NCBI RefSeq assembly: GCF_001194135.2
Contig: NC_069003.1
Span: 27,479,431 to 27,512,364 of the forward strand
Origin: Octopus bimaculoides
Lineage: Eukaryota
Direction: 5' to 3'
DNA length: 32,934 nucleotides
Shown here: one piece after another, positions 1 through 8,485 of the stretch
Layout of the letters: every line of letters begins with the position of its first letter
Position numbering within the stretch: the stretch's first letter is position 1
The notes under the pieces: model-generated
The model's database searches: none
What the model saw: only the letters and a program-made list of their open reading frames with translations
Told to the model about the DNA's origin: nothing
Made by a program: the position numbers and the translations under genes

Positions 1-72
1 TATATGTCTTTAATTGATATTAGCCCTTGTGGCCAATAAAACGAATTAATTATTATTATTATTATTCCGTCT

Positions 73-374
73 AAGGCAGCGAGCTGGCAGAAACGTTAGC
101 ACGCCAGGCGAAATATTTATCGGTATTTCGTCTGTCTTTACGTTCTGAGTTCAAATTCCTCCAAGGTTGACTTTGCCTTTCATCCTTTCGGGGTCGATTA
201 AATAAGTACCAGTTACGCACTGGGGTCGATGTAATCGATTTAATCCCTTTGTCTGTCCTTGTTTGTCCCCTCTGTGTGTAGCCCCTTGTGGGCAGTAAAG
301 AAATAAGAAACGTTAGCACGCTAGGCGAAATACTTAGCGGTATTTCGTCTATCTTTGTGTTCTGAGTTCCAAAT
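73..374 (+). mobile_element. tRNA-headed SINE, family A, composite (full unit plus headless second unit)
   Basis: GGCAGCGAGCTGGCAGAAACGTTAGCAC head, B-box-like GAGTTCAAATTCC and core CTTTGCCTTTCATCCTTTCGGGGTCGATTAAATAAGTACCAG, which recur more than 10 times in the window; second unit restarts at AAACGTTAGCAC (~308). Confidence 0.85.
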
Positions 375-594
375 GTTTGCTAATTAAAGTCGGTCAGTTT
401 AAAACAATCAGTTTCTCCAGGGTTATATTTCTGACCTTTGCATGACCAGAGTAATGTCAAGAGGTCAACTCATCCTCATTAAGTGCAGAGAGGAGAAAAC
501 AAAAGACCGGGAGTTTGTTCGACAATTAATGAAAAATGCGGATTCGATTTCGAATCCTCTTAGCTACATAGTAGCTGGTCGCTAAATATATATA

Positions 595-1045
595 CAAGGA
601 GAGCCAAAAGTTGTGCCCAATTCCTGTTTTAGGGTTCATATGTACGACTTCCCAATTGGGAGATACTTTTGACTCCTAATTCTTGTTCTACGGGTTTGGG
701 ACATCAAAGAGTATTAATCACATGATATATGATCCAGATGAAGTAATTTTCAAATCTGTCAGTAAAGCAAATACCTCTTAGATCCTGTAGATTGAGTGTA
801 TGTAGAGATTTGTTGCAATAATTTTATCCGAAGGGTTAGGGAGAGGAGTTTCGGAAAATTCACACGACCTGGTACTCATTCGATCGGCTTCTTATGCCGA
901 AACGCTAGGCTACGAGGACGTAAACAAACCAACACCAGTTGTCAAAAGGTGGTGGAGATAAATACACACACACACACACACACATTATGCCAAGCAACAA
1001 AGGTATGACTTCCTAGAAACTGGGCGCTACTTTTGGTTCACTCTG
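595..1045. mobile_element. Old Tc1/mariner-type MITE relic
   Basis: TA-flanked imperfect terminal inverted repeats TA|CAAGGAGAGCCAAAAGTTGTGCCCA (593-) and TGGGCGCTACTTTTGGTTCACTCTG|TA (-1047); 25/33 matches by hand count. Confidence 0.55.
868..963 (-). mobile_element. SINE family B internal fragment
   Basis: CCTGGTACTCATTCGATCGG...GTAAACAAACCAACACCAGTTGTCAA matches the 17320-17400 copy; followed by (CA)n. Confidence 0.65.
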
Positions 1046-1211
1046 TATGTGGACAATTAAAATTAATAGCGACAGAAACAGAACCAATATCAAAATGTAA
1101 TCTTGATCTCCAGCTTAACGTGGAGATTGTATTAGAACAAAGAATTCTGCGTTATTTACCTCGAAAGAATCTCTCATAAGGGCTCGCGCTACATACAAGT
1201 ATTTTGCCTAT

Positions 1212-1290
1212 AAGGCATCGTTAGCACCCCGAGCAAAAGGTTTAGCGTCATTTCGTCCGTCTTTACGTTCTGATTTCACATTCCGCCGTC
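1212..1290 (+). mobile_element. SINE family A 5' fragment, truncated at the start of the direct repeat
   Basis: ATCGTTAGCACCCCGAGCAAAAGGTTTAGCGTCATTTCGTCCGTCTTTACGTTCTGA aligns to the family A head. Confidence 0.7.
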
Positions 1291-1294
1291 GGAA

Positions 1295-1850
1295 TGAAGA
1301 GATGCCGGCATGGTTTTCCGCCGGACATCCGAAACTCGGAGTTTTATCATGGCTACCGAATAATTGTCACATATTAGATAAAATAGTTACTTTGCTTAAA
1401 AGAAAATCCATCCAGGTGTATTCAAAATATTCTGCCTCCCCTTCCCCTCTCTCAGTGACTCGTACTTCTGCTTTGAGAAGACTACATGACACCCCTCCCC
1501 TCTCTTTGTTAGTGTCAAATTGTTGCTAACCTCTTTCTGACCCGAACACGAGCAATCCCATAATTCCTGAGTTAGCTAGCAGAAATGGTGGAATAAGTTA
1601 GCGGTAAGTTTGAATTTGTTTTTATCCAAAACATCTGTTTACACTATTGTATTTTTGGAGTGTTCTGAAAACAAAAATATAATCTATATTATATTTCGTA
1701 TTTGAGAAGTAGCTAATTAATCTTAAATAAATTTAAGTAAGGTAATTTTTCTGTTTTGTTGGAATTGACTTACAATTTAAGCAGACGCTTATACGTGTTT
1801 TCTTATATAAGAGCAGCCTTTTTCGAAACGTGTATTATAAACGATATTTT
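1295..1850 (+). repeat. Direct repeat copy 1 (~556 bp), begins inside a 5'-truncated hammerhead motif
   Basis: Near-identical to 2539-3095 by eye (scattered substitutions and small indels); starts TGAAGAGATGCCGG. Confidence 0.95.
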
Positions 1851-2400
1851 GAGAAATAGTTTTTCGAAAACAATTAATTATAAACGGTGGGAGACCAACA
1901 CCGAATTTACCTAAAAATCACGAGACAATTTCAGGTTAATTTGTATGAAAAGAAATAATGGTTAACTGGAAGTGCTACACTTAATAAATTATTCTGTTGG
2001 CCTTGTTTAATTTTTTGCTTAGAAAAGAATGTTTGGAATGATAAAGGGTGTGATGATTTAAATAATTTACATATGGCTATGCTAAAGCACGAGGTTCTCA
2101 AAAGCATATAAAATCTTTGATAGATCTTAAAATGTTCGGAAATGTTCGCATAGACTTACAATTAGAGGCAAAAGTAAGAAAGAAATATGAATGTGCGATC
2201 TTTATTCATTGTTGTGCCCATATCCTAAATTTAGTTCTTTCACAATCATGTTCTATCCCATCCTCCGTTGTATTTGGGCTTGCACATCATAGATTCATGT
2301 ATTTCTACGATGTGCCCAAGTCCACCAATTTGGTAGGGGTTACGCAAAAGACAATTACTTGTAATATCCCTCAGGTACTAATACCATTGAACAACAGTAG
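1830..2400 (+). pseudogene. Internally deleted, frameshifted hAT transposase (TTF zinc finger, ZMYM1-like type)
   Basis: Hand translation: GGRPTPNL; RQFQVNLYEKK*WLTGSATLNKLFCWPCLIFCLEKNVWNDKGCDDLNNLHMAMLKHE (1983-2093 in frame from NKLFC); then LKMFGNVRIDLQL fused to KVRKKYECAIFIHCCAHILNLVLSQSC, the hAT HCxAHxLNL motif. Confidence 0.85.
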
Positions 2401-2526
2401 ATTTTGAAAGACCGACTTTTTAATGGACTCTTTACCAAAAACAGGTAATGTATAATTTATTTACTTTGTTTAAAAAAAAATATTTAGTGATCTATCATGG
2501 CGAATATATATATATATATTTTTCGA

Positions 2527-2600
2527 TGGCCCGATAACTGAAGAGATGCCGGCATGGTTTTCCGCCCGGACATCCGAAACTCGGAGTTTTATCATGGCTA
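2527..2600 (+). ncRNA. Type I hammerhead ribozyme-like motif (family 1)
   Basis: Stem I GAUAA(2533-37)/UUAUC(2589-93); core CUGAAGA(2538-44); stem II GAUG-CCGG/CCGG-A-CAUC; GAAA(2576-79); stem III CUCGGAG; predicted cleavage GUU after 2588; distal stem I UGGCC(2527-31)/GGCUA(2596-2600). Confidence 0.7.
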
Positions 2601-3095
2601 CCGAATAATTGTCACATATTAGATAAAATAGTTACTTTGTTTAAAAGAAAATCCATCCAGGTGTTTTCAAAATATTCTGCCTCTCCTTCCCCTCTCTCAG
2701 TGACTCGTACTTCTGCTTTGAGAAGACTACATGACACCCCCCTCTCTCTTTGTTAGTGTACAACTGTTGCTAACCTCTTTCTGACCCGAACACGATCAAT
2801 TCCATAATTCCTGAGTTAGCTAGCAGAAATGGTGGAATAAGTTGGCGGTAAGTTTGAATTTGTTTTTTTTATCCAAGACATGTTTGCACTATTGTATTTT
2901 TGGAGTGTTCTGAAAACAAAAATATAATCTATATTATATTTCGTATTTGAGAAGTAGCTAATTAATCTTAAATTAATTTAAGTAAGGTAATTTTTCTGTT
3001 TTGTTGGAATTGACTTACAATTTAAGCAGACGCTTATACGTGTGTTCTTATATAAGAGCAGCCTTTTTCGAAATGTGCGTTATAAACGATATTTT
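2539..3095 (+). repeat. Direct repeat copy 2 (~557 bp), headed by the intact hammerhead motif
   Basis: Near-identical to 1295-1850. Confidence 0.95.
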
Positions 3096-3807
3096 AGAAC
3101 ATTTAAAAAAAAATTTAATATATTAAAGGGCATATATTACAGGATTTGGTTAGTGTTTGTTGTAACGTAAGATTCGATCTTCTTACATCAGTATTGTTTC
3201 GCAGAAGAAATGGTTCGACTTCTTCGTCAAACCTAACCTACATAAGCTTTCCTTTCTGTGCTGCTGGGTGTAGTCTATTTACGGCAGTAGATAAGACTTC
3301 TGCCACAACAGTTTTGGGGTGCTTTTTACAATGTTGACTTTTCGCTGTCTTTCATTATGTGTGTATTCATGAATATGCGTGCATTTTCAATGTGTGTGCG
3401 TGAGACGTAGTCTTTTAATATACGGAGTTCTGTAAGTCTCAGAACAGTCTGCTTGAATATCAATAATTTTCCCGGAATTGACAAGTAGCATGATAAAACA
3501 CTTGTCTTCGAGAGCGTAACGATCTAAAACCATGACCATATAATGTAACTAAATGTGTTCTCTTAATTAAATCATTTCAAATTGATTCGGCTCAACCAAT
3601 AGGTATAAGGGCTAATGCAGAATCGCACCTCTTTGAAAAACGAATTTTTGTGAAAAATGTTTTTCGAATTCCTACCTTTTAACAGATTCCGAATATGCAA
3701 AAATATTAACAGAATCCAAGTTCATCTTTATTACATTTCACTTATGATTTTTAGACTTTTTTTAAGGGAGAGTGAGGATGGGAAAGTACTGACGTTTCAA
3801 AGAGAAA

Positions 3808-3957
3808 TAAAAATACAAACATTACACTTATTATTTACATTATTTACATTTGTCGGATATTTGTTCTCATCTTGTTTGTTGTTAACACAACGTTTCGGCT
3901 GATATACCCTCCAGCCTTCGTCAGGTGTCTTGGGGAAATTTCGAACCTGGGTTCTCA
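3808..3957 (-). mobile_element. Penelope-like pLTR fragment
   Basis: Minus strand TGAGAACCCAGGTTCGAAATTTCCCCAAGACACCTGACGAAGGCTGGAGGGTATATCAGCCGAAACGTTGTGTTAAC...; the CTGACGAAG...CGAAACGTT signature is typical of PLE terminal repeats. Confidence 0.6.
3884..3929 (-). ncRNA. Minimal type I hammerhead-like motif (family 2)
   Basis: GACAC-CUGACGA-A-GGCUG(GAGGGUAUAU)CAGCC-GAAA-CG-UU-GUGUU: 5 bp stem I (one G.U), 5 bp stem II, palindromic ACGU in place of stem III. Confidence 0.6.
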
Positions 3958-4545
3958 GCGACCTGATTAATAATAATAATAATAATAGTAACATCGTTAG
4001 GAATGAGAACCCAGNNNNNNNNNNNNNNNNNNNNNNNNNNNNNNNNNNNNNNNNNNNNNNNNNNNNNNNNNNNNNNNNNNNNNNNNNNNNNNNNNNNNNN
4101 NNNNNNNNNNNNNNNNNNNNNNNNNNNNNNNNNNNNNNNNNNNNNNNNNNNNNNNNNNNNNNNNNNNNNNNNNNNNNNNNNNNNNNNNNNNNNNNNNNNN
4201 NNNNNNNNNNNNNNNNNNNNNNNNNNNNNNNNNNNNNNNNNNNNNNNNNNNNNNNNNNNNNNNNNNNNNNNNNNNNNNNNNNNNNNNNNNNNNNNNNNNN
4301 NNNNNNNNNNNNNNNNNNNNNNNNNNNNNNNNNNNNNNNNNNNNNNNNNNNNNNNNNNNNNNNNNNNNNNNNNNNNNNNNNNNNNNNNNNNNNNNNNNNN
4401 NNNNNNNNNNNNNNNNNNNNNNNNNNNNNNNNNNNNNNNNNNNNNNNNNNNNNNNNNNNNNNNNNNNNNNNNNNNNNNNNNNNNNNNNNNNNNNNNNNNN
4501 NNNNNNNNNNNNNNNNNNNNNNNNNNNNNNNNNNNNNNNNNNNNN

Positions 4546-4579
<34 letters not shown>

Positions 4580-4877
4580 GGTATTTGGATTCTGCCACGG
4601 AGGAAGCCGATGTTCAATTTACGTGTTTGCTGACTATACTGTTTTGGTGTCTCTCTTGTTTATAATCATGTGTAGAATTGGTTGAATGCGGTGTAGAGCA
4701 TTGACAAAACTTTTAGAATGTGTTATAAGTTAATTATTAAAATGGTAGCATTTGCTATATCACAGTAGGTAAACAATAATAAATGAAAAAAATGATCTAA
4801 AAAGCATCCATTTTTCTGGAAGTTATGAGGCAACAAAATCGGGGGCGGAGTACACATCTGTTGTTATACCAAAAAAA

Positions 4878-4968
4878 GTATAGGGGTCGGTTCATTCGAC
4901 TAAAATCTTTAAAGGTGGTGCTCCAGCATGGCTGCAGTACACTGATTGTAGGAATTAAAAGAAAAAAT
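4878..4968 (+). mobile_element. SINE 3' tail fragment (tail shared by families A and B)
   Basis: GGGGTCGGTTCATTCGACTAAAATCTTTAAAGGTGGTGCTCCAGCATGGCTGCAG; reverse complement of the 17440-17495 tail. Confidence 0.7.
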
Positions 4969-5334
4969 AATACATAATCTGAAAATCTTATAAGCAAAAT
5001 CACATTTTTCATCCAAGGGACACAACTCAACAAAGCACATTATCTCCCTTGTCTTTTATAGGTCTCTGATAGATTTAACCGTCCGTCTTAAGCTCGTAAG
5101 CCAAGATGGAATGAGAAAGATATATAGCAAACCGTGTACAAACGATTAAACTACAACTAAAGCATCAAAACTAGGAGAGTGTATATATATAAAGAAGTAT
5201 ATACATAAAGAAAAGTAAATATTTCTTTTGTGAAATCATTTTTTAGCTTCCATGAATTAAAAAGTTATATATGGTTGGTCACTATATATGGTTATATATG
5301 GTCGGTCACTAACCCTCTCTTTCAGTGTCTCTGT

Positions 5335-5336
5335 TT

Positions 5337-5407
<71 letters not shown>

Positions 5408-5428
5408 CTCTCTCCCTCGCTCTCTCTC
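5335..5428. repeat. (TC)n microsatellite
   Basis: Direct reading. Confidence 0.95.
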
Positions 5429-5649
5429 TAAGACGGGTAATTTTTGTACTCGAACTATAATATTGCCATAAATTTTGTACATTTGTATGCATCGAAAACA
5501 TTTTTTCTTCAAAACAATCACATAAGAAATATATCAAAGTCGTATTGTTCGCATATTGGTTTCAAACTTTTGGNNNNNNNNNNNNNNNNNNNNNNNNNNN
5601 NNNNNNNNNNNNNNNNNNNNNNNNNNNNNNNNNNNNNNNNNNNNNNNNG

Positions 5650-6040
5650 CGCAAGACCAGCATTTTGGGGGAGGGGATAAATCGATTACATCAACTGGTA
5701 CGACCCCGAAAGGATAAAAGATAAAGTCGACCTCGGCGGAATTTGAACCCAGAACGTAAAGACTGACGAAATACCGCTAAGCATTTCGCCCGGTGTGCTA
5801 ACGTTTCTTATTTCTTTACTGCCCACAAGGGGCTAAACATAGAGGGGACAAACAAGGACAGACATAGGATTAAGTCGATTACATCGACCCCAGTGCTTAA
5901 TTGGTACTTAATTCATCGACCCCGAAAGGATGAAGGGCGAAGTCGACCTCGGCAGAATTTGAACTCGGAACGTAACGGCAAGCGAAATACCGCTAAGCAT
6001 TTCGCTCGGCGTACTAACGTTTCTGGCGGCTCGCCGCCTT
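5650..6040 (-). mobile_element. SINE family A, composite dimer
   Basis: Reverse complement of the 73-374 element including the same internal junction; left end abuts an N gap. Confidence 0.85.
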
Positions 6041-6042
6041 AC

Positions 6043-6303
6043 ATTAAGCACATTATTGCCGACTGCGAGAGAATGTTTTCCAGATATTATCACCCTATGA
6101 GCCATGATACAGTGGCTAGAACAGTCTGGAACGAGATAACGAAAAAGAAAACAGCCATAGACGAAGTTAACCATATTGAGACAGATGGGTCGAAAGAATA
6201 CTGGTGGAACTTAATAATTAAAACAGCCACCAAGTTAAAACACAACTGGCCAGATATTGTGTGAGACCACACAAAAACAGAAAGTATGTCCTGTTGAGGT
6301 TAG
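6043..6303 (+). mobile_element. Non-LTR retrotransposon relic, zinc knuckle / restriction-like endonuclease region (R4/Dong-like)
   Basis: IKHIIADCERMFSRYYHPMSHDTVARTVWNEI...EYWWNLIIKTATKLKHNWPDIV fits the HIxxxC...(R)HDxV...HNxPDIV pattern of RLE-clade elements. Confidence 0.75.
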
Positions 6304-6791
6304 ACAGAGAAAGAGGATGTCTATGGACCATTGATAAGAAGTTTGTTCACTATGACTATTCACATTATGCGAACTAAAGTTAGCAAATCTTCGTCGTAGA
6401 TGGGAAGTAACTCTCTCAAAGTTAGAGCCCCTTGCATGCGCGTGTGTGTGTATGTATGTGTGTGTGCACGCGCGCGTATTATATACATGAATACGTTACA
6501 ATATAGATATGCAGGGCAGGGAATCATCAATTAGTAATAAAATTAATAATTAACAATTTCTGCCGGGTAGCTCAGTATGAAAAAACCTTTTTCGGTAAAT
6601 AATTTATAATCATAAATATATAGGGATTGACAGTAACCTGCTTCTCCAACATACTGAGAATTCAGAAATAGCAGTCAAAGAACTACTGATTTCAAAACTA
6701 CAAATTATTACTCCAGATTGATAGCGATATTTTTGATACACACAGAACAAAAAACAATAGAGAAGAGCAAAAAACACTTGCCTTTTAGTTA

Positions 6792-6853
6792 ATTTAGTAC
6801 AATTGTTTCACAGTTAAGAGTACATAATACTCTATTCTGATCTTCAGCTAAAT
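6792..6853 (-). ncRNA. Minimal type I hammerhead-like motif (family 3, mirror copy)
   Basis: Exact reverse complement of 6860-6921. Confidence 0.7.
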
Positions 6854-6859
6854 TAGAAT

Positions 6860-6921
6860 ATTTAGCTGAAGATCAGAATAGAGTATTATGTACTCTTAAC
6901 TGTGAAACAATTGTACTAAAT
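6860..6921 (+). ncRNA. Minimal type I hammerhead-like motif (family 3)
   Basis: AUUUAG-CUGAAGA-U-CAG-AAU-AGAGUA(UUAUG)UACUCU-UAA-CUG-U-GAAA-C(AAUU)G-UA-CUAAAU: 6 bp stem I, one-bp stem III with palindromic ACAAUUGU, GUA triplet with predicted cleavage after 6915; U.U at 10.1/11.1. Confidence 0.7.
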
Positions 6922-7423
6922 TAACTAAAAGGCAAGTGTTTTTTGCTCTTCTCTATTGTTTTTTGTTCTGTGTGTATCAAAAATATCGCTATCAATCTGG
7001 AGTAATAATTTGTAGTTTTGAAATCAGTAGTTCTTTGACTGCTATTTCTGAATTCTCAGTATGTTGGAGAAGCAGGTTACTGTCAATCCCTATATATTTA
7101 TGAATACGTTACATGTATATAATAGTTCCGAGATAAGCGACTGCAATTGGAAAATTACGTAACATGAAAAACTATTTTAAAAAGTTTATTGGCTTGCATT
7201 TGCTTTATATTTTCATAAGCATTTTATTTGGTTTTTCACCGGTGTATTAGTTTTGGGGATTAAAAAAAAGTTGAGCTTTTTATTTCATTAATTTCTTTAA
7301 AAAATAATGTAAACTCGAAAAAGACGCTTTTCGAAACAACCTTAAGTTGAAGTATGCCTAAATATGATATATATATATTGCATTTTCTAAATCTCTCAGA
7401 GAGACGTATACAGCAGCAGCACA

Positions 7424-7669
7424 ATAAAGTGATGGTTTGTTGCCAACTTAATGTGGAAGTCCCAGGAAAGGGACGAATGCTACTGCCATTTAGCTGCAGG
7501 AAGCATCGTTTCCAGTTGGCTATGTGATAGAAGCGTTCTGTGTCCTTCCTGTTTGGAAACTTAAGGACACATAACCAAGGGAAATGATGTTTCTTGGGGC
7601 TAAATAGCAGTAGTATTCTTCCCTTTCCTGGGACTTCTATATTAAGTTGGCAACAAATCATCACTTTAT
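7424..7669. mobile_element. Foldback / MITE-like element
   Basis: 71 bp arms 7424-7494 and 7599-7669 with 6 mismatches; weaker complementarity continues inward for about 30 bp. Confidence 0.75.
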
Positions 7670-7699
7670 GTGTGTGTGTGGATCAAAACAATTTGATAC

Positions 7700-7875
7700 A
7701 AATTCGTTGGACGTGGAATAAGTACAGTGTTATTGTACGCTCAGGAAAGGAAAGAAAAGAAAGAGGATTCAACGTTTCGAGCGGAGCTCTTCGTCAAAAA
7801 TATAGGAAAAGTCCAAAGAAGGGAAGACAGAGAAAGAAAATCGCCAACGAGGCACACGCTGTCACATATCCCCCT
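7700..7875 (-). mobile_element. Short non-coding repeat carrying a variant hammerhead-like core (family 4)
   Basis: Minus strand TTTTTGACGAAGAGCTCCGCTCGAAACGTTGAATCC at 7767-7801 in pyrimidine-rich flanks; related to 15895-16060. Confidence 0.5.
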
Positions 7876-8069
7876 CCACCTTTTTCTCTCTACACACACG
7901 TGCGCGCGCAAACAAACGTACACACACACACACATGCACACACGGTGATAAACATAAGATGCATACAGTGGTAACCACACCAGTTTACTTGAAACAGACC
8001 AGATGACAGTTTAACACGCATTATTTATATGATTTTCTGTTTAGCTTCGATATTATTGTTACGTGTAAT

Positions 8070-8277
8070 AAGGCGCTGAGCGAGCAGAATCGTTAGCACG
8101 CCGGGCGAAATGCTTATTCTGTCTGTCTGTTCTGAGTTCAAATTCTGCCGAAGCCGAATTTGCCTGTCATCCTTTCGGGGGTCGATAAAATAAGTACCAA
8201 TTGAGCACCAGGGGTCGATGTAATCGATTTACCCCTCCCCTGAAAGTTCAGACCTTGTACTTATAGTAGAAAGGAAT
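8070..8277 (+). mobile_element. SINE family A
   Basis: Head, B-box, core and CCCTCCCCTGAAA...CCTTGTACTTATAGTAGAAAGGAAT tail followed by (TTA)n. Confidence 0.8.
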
Positions 8278-8301
8278 ATTATTATTATTATTAGTAGTAG
8301 T

Positions 8302-8485
8302 AAGGTGGTGAGTTGGCAGAATCGTTAGCACGCCGGGCAAAATGCTTTAGCAACGTTTCGTCCGTCTTGACGGTGTGGGTTCAAATTCCGCCAAGGTCGA
8401 CTTTGCCTTTTATCTTTTCAAGGTTGATGAAATAAGTACCAGTTGATCATTGGCGCCAATGTAATCGACTTAGCCCGTCCCTTCA
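8302..8485 (+). mobile_element. SINE family A (tandem with previous copy)
   Basis: AAGGTGGTGAGTTGGCAGAATCGTTAGCACGCCGGG...GGTTCAAATTCCGCCAAGGTCGACTTTGCC. Confidence 0.8.

Larger units (their letters stand above)
6610..7103. repeat. Perfect inverted repeat: 244 bp arms (6610-6853, 6860-7103) with 6 nt spacer TAGAAT
   Basis: Paired positions sum to 13713; spot checks at the ends, centre and three internal 10-mers showed no mismatch. Confidence 0.95.

Noticed and set aside
412-585. Possible exon after TTTCTCCAG (GYISDLCMTRV...)
   Set aside because: No recognisable protein similarity and no supporting neighbouring exons.
1295-3095. Classical LTR retrotransposon
   Set aside because: No TG..CA ends, PBS, PPT, 4-6 bp TSD or gag/pol; the interior is hAT-derived.
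3146-3340. 63 aa ORF and TTTGACGAAGAAGTCGAACC motif on the minus strand
   Set aside because: No family similarity; the motif lacks stem II and GAAA.
3921-4665. Long ORFs of 200-400 aa here and at 22511-23760 and 28816-29686
   Set aside because: They are open only because they cross N gaps and (TA)n runs.
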